This document shows, piece after piece, positions 17,228 to 24,492 of a stretch of 51,192 bases of DNA. Origin of the DNA: an uncultured Burkholderiales bacterium. Lineage in GTDB: Bacteria > Actinomycetota > Acidimicrobiia > IMCC26256 > JAOSJL01. The position numbers were made by a program, and so were the translations under genes. The DNA lies in NCBI GenBank assembly GCA_964424125.1, contig CAYRHS010000001.1, positions 1-51,192 on the forward strand, in the 5' to 3' direction. The notes under the pieces are model-generated. The model saw only the letters and a list, made by a program, of their open reading frames with translations, was not told the origin of the DNA and did no database searches. The stretch's first letter is position 1; each line of letters begins with the position of its first letter.

Positions 17228-17300
17228 TGGGCGCTGCAGGGCTCGAACCTGCGACCTCCGCCTTGTAAGAGCGGCGCTCTTCCCGCTGAGCTAAGCGCCC
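17228..17300 (-). tRNA. tRNA-Val (anticodon UAC)
   Basis: 73-nt cloverleaf folded by hand. Acceptor GGGCGCU/AGCGCCC, D arm GCUC-AGCGGGAA-GAGC, anticodon arm CCGCU-CUUACAA-GGCGG, variable AGGUC, T arm GCAGG-UUCGAGC-CCUGC, discriminator A. CCA is not fully encoded. Confidence 0.95.
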
Positions 17301-17505
17301 GAGACCGCCTCGACGGTACCGGAGATGCTCAGCGGCTCGCGCGGCGTGGTGGGCGGATCTCCCCGAGAAGCTCGCGCAGGAGGTCTCGCGCGCGGCGGTG
17401 CTCGGAGGGCCCTCCCGGCCCGAGGCTCGACGCGCCGCGCCGTCGAGATCCTCGAGCGCCCGGCGGATGTCGCCGACCGGGACCTCGAACTCCGCCTCGA
17501 GACGC

Positions 17506-17913
17506 TCGTACGACCGGAAGACGTGGGACCGCCTGCGGGCCAGCGAGCTCGGGAGCGCGGAGATCGTGGTCGGCAGGGTGCTCCCGTTCCTGGTCTTCGG
17601 CGCGATCCAGATGCTCACCTTGTTCACCGCGGGAACGCTGTTGCTCGACCTCGATCTGCGTGGCCAGCTCCTCCCGGTCACCAGTCTCGGCGCCGCGCTG
17701 GTGGTCTGTGTCGTCTGCTAGGGCGTCGCGCTCGTCTCGGTGACGCGTTCGCTACCCGAGCTCACGGCGATCGGGAGCTTAGGGGCGATCGTGATGGGAA
17801 CGTGGAGCGGCGCGTTCGTTCCCATCGGCCGCTGCTGGGGTTTCGCTGCGGCGTTCCTGGCGGTCGCGCGGGCACGCTTTCGGATCGACGAGCCCGAGCG
17901 GGCGCGCGGGTGA
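17506..17913 (+). pseudogene. ABC-2 type transporter permease remnant (N-terminally truncated, in-frame TAG at 17719)
   Basis: YDRKTWDRLRASELGSAEIVVGRVLPFLVFGAIQMLTLF... resembles the ERExGTxERLxxSP...IvxGKvLP core. The same frame continues after the TAG (GVALVSVTRSLPELTAIGSLGAIVMGTWSGAFVPIG...ARARFRID). The first ~100 residues and an internal block are missing. Confidence 0.5.
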
Positions 17914-17922
17914 GCGGTATCG

Positions 17923-18333
17923 TCAGCCGCGGGTACGGGGGATGCCGGCCTTCTTCAGCACCTCGGGCGGGACACCCGCATCGCGCCAGGCCCCGTAGCT
18001 GAGGTCCTTGGACTCCCCGTACTCTTTGGCGACCTTCACGAAGTCGCGTTCCAGGGCGCTGATGTCCACGGTCTCGCTCTTCTCGTCGAGCCGGGCCTGG
18101 AGGTCCCGGATCCGCTGTGCGGTGAGGACCCGGTCGGCGCCCGTCGCGCCGGCGAGCTCCGCTTCGGCTTTGTGCAACCGCCGCTCGAGCTCCGCCTTCG
18201 AGACCTTCCGGCCCCGACGCTTGGGCTTGTTCACGGCCTCGAGATAGCGATCCACGACGGCTTTCCGGCGCCGGCCCTCTTTCATGGCTTTCTTGTGCGC
18301 GGGCGTGACCTTGGTGCCTTTGGGGCGCGGCAT
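17923..18333 (-). CDS. basic Lys/Arg-rich hypothetical protein
   Basis: Start trimmed to ATG 18333 (AAGGGAAGAG upstream). MPRPKGTKVTPAHKKAMKEGRRRK..KRRGRK then a helical acidic half. No recognisable domain. Confidence 0.55.
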   Translation of the reverse strand: MPRPKGTKVTPAHKKAMKEGRRRKAVVDRYLEAVNKPKRRGRKVSKAELERRLHKAEAELAGATGADRVLTAQRIRDLQARLDEKSETVDISALERDFVKVAKEYGESKDLSYGAWRDAGVPPEVLKKAGIPRTRG

Positions 18334-18559
18334 CTCTTCCCTTTTTCGTCCGTGGATCGAAGCGTGAAGAGCGTAGGCCGGATGAAATTCGGGAGGCAAT
18401 TGGCCGCGCCACTACGACACAAAGGCGCAGGTTGCTTCACAGGTTCACGACCGACGATTCGACCGCCGGCGGGCCGGGGCTCGTGGGGGCCGACGGGGGG
18501 AACGACCCCGTCCGTCACCCCGGCCCGCCGTGTGGCGGTGACCTCTGGCCGCTCGCCCC

Positions 18560-18892
18560 TCAGGCGGAGCGAGCAGCCGCGATCGGGTCCTCGGGCTCCG
18601 GGGGCGCCACCTTGGGCGGGCGTCCCCGACGTCGCTTGTGGGCCAGCACCTTGCCGTTGGCGAAGAGCTCACCGCCCCAGACGCCCACGGGCTCGCGCCG
18701 CTCCTGCGCGGCCGCGAGGCACTGCTGGCGCACCGGGCACTCCTGGCAGAAGGCCTTGGCGGCCGCGATGTCCTGGAGCTCCTCGGAGAAGAACAGCGCT
18801 GTGAGCGAGCCGTCGCCGTCGCGGCAACGGGCGCGGGCCTGCCACGTCTCCCGGTACTGCTCCGAGGTGGTGAGGGTCTCGATGGCTGCCAT
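18560..18892 (-). CDS. whiB7: WhiB-family Fe-S transcription factor with C-terminal AT-hook (WhiB7/WblC type)
   Basis: 110 aa from ATG 18892. C-x25-C-x2-C-x5-C, GVWGG turn, KRRRGRPPK AT-hook. Leader uORF and terminator upstream. Confidence 0.85.
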   Translation of the reverse strand: MAAIETLTTSEQYRETWQARARCRDGDGSLTALFFSEELQDIAAAKAFCQECPVRQQCLAAAQERREPVGVWGGELFANGKVLAHKRRRGRPPKVAPPEPEDPIAAARSA

Positions 18893-18960
18893 CGGGCGCT
18901 GCTCCGTCTGTGCTGGTGGTCTGGTGGGCGGTCGTGGTGTTTCGGGGGTTGACGGGGACG

Positions 18961-18990
18961 AAAAAAGGCCGCCGGGGTGCCCCGGCGGCC
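18961..18990 (-). terminator. intrinsic terminator (attenuator) inside the whiB7-like leader
   Basis: Minus strand reads GGCCGCCGGGG-CA-CCCCGGCGGCC followed by TTTTTT. It lies about 70 nt upstream of the whiB ATG and about 30 nt downstream of the uORF stop. Confidence 0.75.
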
Positions 18991-19019
18991 TGGGTGGAGT
19001 GCTCCTGCGCTGGTGCTGG

Positions 19020-19181
19020 CTAGGAGCTGTCCTGGAGCCGCCGGGGCCGACCGGGCTTGTGGTCGGTGCCCACGAGGATGGTGGCGTTCGACCACGGAGC
19101 CGGCGTGTGGAAGACGAAGCTGCGGACGCGCGCGACGCCGGCCGGGCCATACATCGGTGCCATGGCGTGCCGGTCGGTCAT
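19020..19181 (-). CDS. candidate 53-codon leader peptide (uORF) of the whiB7-like gene
   Basis: AGAGGA sits 6 nt before ATG 19181. The stop is at 19020-19022. Its last codons contain CCCCGGCGGC (19046-19037), identical to the terminator 3' arm. Confidence 0.4.
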   Translation of the reverse strand: MTDRHAMAPMYGPAGVARVRSFVFHTPAPWSNATILVGTDHKPGRPRRLQDSS

Positions 19182-19350
19182 CGTCGGTCCTCTACAACCT
19201 GTCTTCCGCTGGACTCCGGGCCGTGCGGGATCACCCCGGGCGACTCGGGTTACAACGATGCAATCATGCCCGGCCTTCCCGGTCAAACAGATTAGTGCCC
19301 CGCCGGCCGGGAGCCCCGCTCGGGGGGCGGTCCCGTACGCTGATGCCGTC

Positions 19351-20553
19351 GTGACCACGCCCTCCCTGGACCCGGCCGCGCTCGCCGCGCTCCCCCGCGC
19401 CCTGCCCGCTCTGCTCGACGGCCAGCGGGGGGCCGACCTGCACCTCGGGGCCCAGTGCTACGTGTCGCTGGAGGGCCATCCGCTGGTCGACGCGGCCGTG
19501 GGCGATGCCGCACCGGGCCGCCCGCTGCGGGCCGACGACCTGATGCTCTGGTACTCGGCCGGCAAGGTGCTCACGGCGATTGCCGTGCTCCGGTTGTGGG
19601 AACGGGGACGTCTCGGGCTCGACGACCGCATCGGTCGCTACGTCCCCGACTGGGGTGGGGGCAAGGAGCGAGCCACTGTCCGCCACGTGCTCACCCACAC
19701 CGGCGGCTTCCGGATGTGGGGCGCGCACCTCTACGACGAGGACGTGTCGTTCGACGAGTCGCTGGCACGCATCGCCGCCCATCCGGCCGAATGGGAGCCG
19801 GGGACGAAGGCCGGCTACCACCCGTTCACGGGTTGGCTCGTCCTCGGCGCGGTCGTCGAGGCCGTGGACGGCCGCCGCATCGACCGCTTCGTGACCGAGG
19901 AGATCCTCGCCCCCCTCGGGCTCACGGAGTGCTTCCTGGGCGTCCCGTTGGCCGAACAGGAACGCCTCGGCGACCGCATCGTGCCCGTGCACTGGAAGGG
20001 CCACATGATGGTCAGGCACCGCGACGGCGAGCTCGCGTTCGTGCCGTACCGGATCGACTGGATCCACAACGAGCCGCGGCACGTCGCCAAGGTCGAGCCC
20101 GGCGGGAACGTTCGCGGCTCCGCGCGGGCGCTCGGGCGCGTCTACGAGTCGCTGCTGGGACACGGCCCGCCGCTGCTCGAGCCCCGCACCGTCGAGGTGC
20201 TGGGCGCCGTGCACCGTCGCGGCCTGCGCGACCGCACGTTCATGACCATCGTCCCCTGGGGGCTCGGCGTCGAGGTGGCCGAGGGGTTCGCGGGGGGCGT
20301 GGGGCGGCGCGTGTTCGGCCACGGGGGGATGATGTCCAGCGTCGGCTTCGCCGACCCCGATCTCGACCTCGTGGTCGTCGTGGTCACCAACGGCCTGCCC
20401 GGATTCCTCGAGCACGACCGACGCATGTTCGAGGCCACCGATCTCGTGTATCGGTCCCTCGGCGAGGACGCCCAGCTGGTCCGGCGGCCCGTCCGGACCC
20501 TTGCCGCCGAGTGGGGTTTCGCCAAGGGCACTCGCCGCCCGCCCGACGAGTGA
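19351..20553 (+). CDS. beta-lactamase-fold serine hydrolase
   Basis: Start set at in-frame GTG 19351, because the upstream part of the 498-aa track ORF overlaps the whiB leader. SxxK as YSAGKVLTAIAV. Lies divergent from the whiB7-like gene. Confidence 0.8.
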   Translation: MTTPSLDPAALAALPRALPALLDGQRGADLHLGAQCYVSLEGHPLVDAAVGDAAPGRPLRADDLMLWYSAGKVLTAIAVLRLWERGRLGLDDRIGRYVPDWGGGKERATVRHVLTHTGGFRMWGAHLYDEDVSFDESLARIAAHPAEWEPGTKAGYHPFTGWLVLGAVVEAVDGRRIDRFVTEEILAPLGLTECFLGVPLAEQERLGDRIVPVHWKGHMMVRHRDGELAFVPYRIDWIHNEPRHVAKVEPGGNVRGSARALGRVYESLLGHGPPLLEPRTVEVLGAVHRRGLRDRTFMTIVPWGLGVEVAEGFAGGVGRRVFGHGGMMSSVGFADPDLDLVVVVVTNGLPGFLEHDRRMFEATDLVYRSLGEDAQLVRRPVRTLAAEWGFAKGTRRPPDE

Positions 20554-20554
20554 G

Positions 20555-21346
20555 TCAGCCCGCCGGGGCCCGCCGCAAGAGATCCAAGAGCTGTTCGTGG
20601 ACGGCAGGTGTCGCGGCGGCGATGTTGCCCGTCCGCAGCCATGCCGCGTCGTCGCCGTCCCAGTCGGTGACGATGCCCCCCGCCTCGCGAACGAGGAGCG
20701 CACCCGCGGCCACGTCCCAGGTCCCGAGGCCGAGCTCGAAGAAGCCGTCGAAGCTGCCTGCGGCGGTGTAGGTGAGGTCGAGGCTCGCTGCCCCGGCGCG
20801 CCGCAGGTCCTCGAACTCCTCCAGGGCGGTCTCGAACACCGGCAGGTAGCGCGGGAGTCGGTCCTTGCGGCGGAACGGGAAGCCGGTGGCGCAGATGGCG
20901 TGTTCGGGCGTGCGATCGCTCACGCGGATCGGCCGGCCGTTGCACGTCGCGCCGCCGCCGAGGCGCGCGCGGTAGGTGTCGCCGAGGAGCGGCGCGCGCA
21001 CCAGGCCCACGACCGGCTGCGCGTGCTCGACGAGCGCCACGGACACGCCGACCATCGGGAACCGATGGAGGAAGTTCGCCGTGCCGTCGAGCGGATCGAC
21101 GTACCAGCCGACGTCGCCGCGCTCACCACCTCCCTCCTCGCCGTAGAAGGGGAGGTCGGGGAACGAAGACTCCAACGACTCGCGCACGACGCGCTCGCTG
21201 CGCGTGTCGATGTCGCTCACCCAGTCTCCGGGCGCCTTCTCCCGGATCATGTCCGCGTGGCCGAATCCTTCCGCCACCACCTCTCCGCCGGCCCGCGCCG
21301 CGGCCTCCGCCGCGTCGGCGAGCGCTTCGAGCTCGTCGGGGCTCAT
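20555..21346 (-). CDS. inositol monophosphatase family protein
   Basis: Trimmed to ATG 21346. EEGGG, DPLDGTANF and WDVAAGALLVREAGG motifs. Confidence 0.85.
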   Translation of the reverse strand: MSPDELEALADAAEAAARAGGEVVAEGFGHADMIREKAPGDWVSDIDTRSERVVRESLESSFPDLPFYGEEGGGERGDVGWYVDPLDGTANFLHRFPMVGVSVALVEHAQPVVGLVRAPLLGDTYRARLGGGATCNGRPIRVSDRTPEHAICATGFPFRRKDRLPRYLPVFETALEEFEDLRRAGAASLDLTYTAAGSFDGFFELGLGTWDVAAGALLVREAGGIVTDWDGDDAAWLRTGNIAAATPAVHEQLLDLLRRAPAG

Positions 21347-22089
21347 GACCGCACCGCTTGCGCGACCTGGGCGAGCAGGGGATCGGTCCCGGCGACGATG
21401 AGCTGTCGCCGTGCGGTGGCGTCCACCGTCACGAGCTCCTCCCCGGCGAGCTCCGTCACCGATGCCCCGGCTTCGCGACAGGCGAGCAGCGAGCCGAGGT
21501 AGTCCCAGGGGGCGTGGTGGGCCGCCGAATCCGCGAACGCGTCGAGCACGCCCGCGGCGACGTCGCACAGCGCCAGCGCGCCCGAGCCCAGGGATCGGTA
21601 CGTGTGCCACGCGAAGCGCCCGCCTGGCATCCCGTTGTACGCCACGAGCGCGTCGCTCAGATCCTCCACCCGCGACGGGTGGATCTTCCGGTCGTCACGG
21701 GTGGCGCCCCGTCCCCGCACTGCCCGGGTCTCCGTCCCGGTGGCGTGGTTGACGACCAGCGAGGCCAGGAGGCCCGCTCGATCCACCGCGCACAACGACG
21801 TCGCCCAGTAAGGGATCCCGCGGGCGAAGTTCGTCGACCCGTCGATCGGATCGATGACCACCGTCGTCTCCGACGTCGCGCTCCCCGTGGAACCGGACTC
21901 CTCGCTCAGAACCGCCACCGGCACCTGATGCAGCGCGACGAGTGCGGCCTCGTCCGCGACCAGATCGGCAGCGTATTGCCCTTCCCGGTCGGTTCGAGCA
22001 CCCCGCTCCGCCTCGGGAATCGCCGTGACCGCGGCCCGCACGCGCTTCGCCACATCGTCGAAGAGCTCCAGCAGATCGTCGGGGGACAC
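21343..22089 (-). CDS. inositol monophosphatase family protein (second, divergent paralog)
   Basis: GTG 22089 start. SEESG, DPIDGSTNF and PWDYLGSLLACREAGA motifs. ATGA overlap with the downstream paralog. Confidence 0.75.
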   Translation of the reverse strand: MSPDDLLELFDDVAKRVRAAVTAIPEAERGARTDREGQYAADLVADEAALVALHQVPVAVLSEESGSTGSATSETTVVIDPIDGSTNFARGIPYWATSLCAVDRAGLLASLVVNHATGTETRAVRGRGATRDDRKIHPSRVEDLSDALVAYNGMPGGRFAWHTYRSLGSGALALCDVAAGVLDAFADSAAHHAPWDYLGSLLACREAGASVTELAGEELVTVDATARRQLIVAGTDPLLAQVAQAVRS

Positions 22090-22172
22090 CGCCGGAGTCT
22101 CGCACGAGTGGCCGGTGGGGCCCCACGCCGGGACCGTGGGACCGACGCCGGGACGGTGGGTTCGGGCCCCGG

Positions 22173-22189
22173 TGTGAACCGCCGCTAGC
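22173..22189 (+). promoter_or_regulatory. operator-like motif copy 1 (TGTGAACCGCCGCTAGC)
   Basis: Lies 81 nt upstream of the SDR start. Together with its flank, 21/25 identical to copy 2 (GGTGTGAAC...TAGCCTCGGG). Confidence 0.45.
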
Positions 22190-22269
22190 CTCGGGCCGGC
22201 TCCGCCGGCGACCGAACCGGGCGCCGAGCCACGTTCGCCACACACCGAGAGACCACCAGAGGTATCCAC

Positions 22270-23229
22270 ATGGGCACGCTCGACGGACGGATCATCGTCA
22301 TCACCGGCGCGGGACGCGGCATCGGTCGCGAGCACGCGCTCCTCTTCGCCTCCGAAGGCGCCAAGGTCGTGGTGAACGACCTCGGCGGCGACGTCGACGG
22401 CACCGGCGAGGACCGGGCCCCGGCCCAACTGGTCGTCGACGAGATCAAGGAGATGGGCGGCGAGGCCGTCGCGAACGTCGACAACGTCGCCGACTGGGAG
22501 GGCGGGCAGCGCCTCATCAACACCGCCATCGAGACGTTCGGCGACCTGCACGCGGTCGTGAACAACGCCGGCATCCTCCGCGACCGGGTGCTCGTGAACA
22601 TGACCGAGGCCGAGTGGGACGCGATCATGACCGTCCACCTCAAGGGGCACTTCGTGCCGACGCGCTTCGCCGCGGCCTACTGGCGCGAGCAGTCGAAGGC
22701 CGGCAAGGAGGTGAAGGCAAACGTCGTCAACACGTCGTCGGGCGCGGGTCTGCTCAACAACTTCGGCCAGACCAACTACGCCGCTGCCAAAGCGGGGATC
22801 GCGACCTTCACGATGGTCGCGGCGATGGAGCTCGGCCGCTACGGCGTGCGCGTGAACGCGATCGCGCCGCTCGCCCGCACGCGCCTGACACTCCAGACCC
22901 CGGGCATGGAGACGGTGGTCGCCGAACCCGAGGACGCGGGAACCTTCGACCTCTGGGACCCGGCCAACATCTCCCCCATCGTCGGGTACCTCTGCACGGA
23001 GAACCTGCCCTTCACCGGGGGCGTGTTCCACGCCGGCGGCAGCGAGATGGGGCTCTTCCGGGGCTGGGCGATGGAGGAAGTCATCAGCGCGCCCGCGGGT
23101 CGCTGGACGATCGCCCAGCTCGAGAAGGAGGCACCGAAGCTGGTCGACGCCGACAAGGAGCTCGCGTCGTCGGGCACGACTCTGGCTGAGTTCACGCCCG
23201 AGTTCCTCAAGCGCCACGGCGCGCTCTAG
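22270..23229 (+). CDS. SDR family oxidoreductase with C-terminal extension
   Basis: 319 aa. TGAGRGIG, NNAG, YAAAKAG (Y-x3-K). Extra ~70-aa tail. Confidence 0.85.
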   Translation: MGTLDGRIIVITGAGRGIGREHALLFASEGAKVVVNDLGGDVDGTGEDRAPAQLVVDEIKEMGGEAVANVDNVADWEGGQRLINTAIETFGDLHAVVNNAGILRDRVLVNMTEAEWDAIMTVHLKGHFVPTRFAAAYWREQSKAGKEVKANVVNTSSGAGLLNNFGQTNYAAAKAGIATFTMVAAMELGRYGVRVNAIAPLARTRLTLQTPGMETVVAEPEDAGTFDLWDPANISPIVGYLCTENLPFTGGVFHAGGSEMGLFRGWAMEEVISAPAGRWTIAQLEKEAPKLVDADKELASSGTTLAEFTPEFLKRHGAL

Positions 23230-23253
23230 CTCCTCGATCCGGCTTCGCTCGGG

Positions 23254-23270
23254 TGTGAACGAGCGTTAGC
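23254..23270 (+). promoter_or_regulatory. operator-like motif copy 2 (TGTGAACGAGCGTTAGC)
   Basis: Ends 10 nt before the P450 GTG start, immediately upstream of the GGGAGG SD. Confidence 0.5.
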
Positions 23271-23280
23271 CTCGGGAGGC

Positions 23281-24492
23281 GTGCTCGCGCTCGACCTCCT
23301 GAACTCGGCTCATCTCGACGACCCGTACCCCACGTACCAGCGTCTGCGGGCCGCGGGGCGGGTCGTGGCCCTCGACGACCGGCGCTTCGTGGTCACCAGC
23401 TACGGCACGGCGGCCGAGGTCCTTCGTGATCACGAGACGTTCTCGTCTCGTCGATCCATCGCGGTGGCGGAAGAGTTCTTCCGCCGTGAGGGCGGCACCG
23501 ACATGGCGGGCGCGATGGGTGCGCCGACCAAGCGCTACCGCACGATCATCTCCTCCGATCCGCCGGACCACACCCGGATCCGGAGCGCGGCGCGCGCGCC
23601 GTTCCTGCCGAGCGCCGTCGCGGCGCAGGAGCCGAAGGTGCGCGCCGTGGCCGAGGCATGCGTCGCCGATCTCCTCGACGCCGCATCCCGCGGCGACGCG
23701 GACTTCGTGCGCGACGTGGCGTTCCCGCTCCCGGTCATCGTGATCGCCGATCTGCTCGGCGCTCCACGCGACCGTCGCGAAGACTTCAAGCGCTGGTCGG
23801 ACAATCTGGCGGCCGCGGGCGCCTCGGTCGAGAACGCGAGCGCCGCGGTGGGCGCCGAGATGTTCGAGTTCTTCGATCATCTCGTCGCTGATCGCCGACA
23901 ACAGCCGCGCGACGACATCGTGAGCTCCCTCCTGGAGCAGGCGGGCGACGATCTCGACCCGATCGAGATCGTCGTCTTCTGTCAGATTCTGTTGATCGCC
24001 GGCAACGAGACGACCACGAACCTCCTCGGCAACTGGTGCTCGTGCGTCCTCCTCGAACGTCCGGACCTCGCAACGAGGCTCGGCAACGCTCCGGGGCGCA
24101 TCCCGCCGACCATCGAGGAGGCGTTGCGCTTCGAATCCCCGTTCCAGGGCACCATGCGCACTGCGACCCGTGACGCGGACGTCGCCGGGACACGCATCCC
24201 GTCGGGATCGTCTGTTCTGGTGCTCCTCGGAGCCGCGAACCGGGACCCTGCCGTGTTCCCCGAGGCCGACTCCTTCGTCGCCGACCGCGAACCGAACGAG
24301 CACCTCGCGTTCGGATCAGGGATCCACTCCTGCCTCGGTGCGTGGCTCGCTCGCCTCGAAGCGCGCGTCCTCGCCGAGACCGTGACTCGCCTCCTCCGCT
24401 CCGTGGTTCTCCGAGGGTCTCCGGAACGAAGCCGATCTGGACTTCTGCGAGGATTCCGCACCCTCCCCGTCCACGCCGAGCCGGCCGCGTGA
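23281..24492 (+). CDS. cytochrome P450
   Basis: 403 aa. AGNETT I-helix, ExxR (EEALRF), heme loop FGSGIHSCLG. Confidence 0.9.
   Translation: MLALDLLNSAHLDDPYPTYQRLRAAGRVVALDDRRFVVTSYGTAAEVLRDHETFSSRRSIAVAEEFFRREGGTDMAGAMGAPTKRYRTIISSDPPDHTRIRSAARAPFLPSAVAAQEPKVRAVAEACVADLLDAASRGDADFVRDVAFPLPVIVIADLLGAPRDRREDFKRWSDNLAAAGASVENASAAVGAEMFEFFDHLVADRRQQPRDDIVSSLLEQAGDDLDPIEIVVFCQILLIAGNETTTNLLGNWCSCVLLERPDLATRLGNAPGRIPPTIEEALRFESPFQGTMRTATRDADVAGTRIPSGSSVLVLLGAANRDPAVFPEADSFVADREPNEHLAFGSGIHSCLGAWLARLEARVLAETVTRLLRSVVLRGSPERSRSGLLRGFRTLPVHAEPAA

Noticed and set aside
19258-19295. Promoter of the whiB7-like gene (TTGACC -35 with TTGCAT at 17-nt spacing)
   Set aside because: The -35 and the AT-rich flank are attractive, but no TANNNT -10 is present at proper spacing. 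It is mentioned in the finding but not called as a feature.
21343-23217. 624-aa minus-strand ORF spanning the SDR region
   Set aside because: Only its last 248 codons (21343-22089) look like a real IMPase-fold protein. The upstream part is antisense to the well-supported SDR gene.
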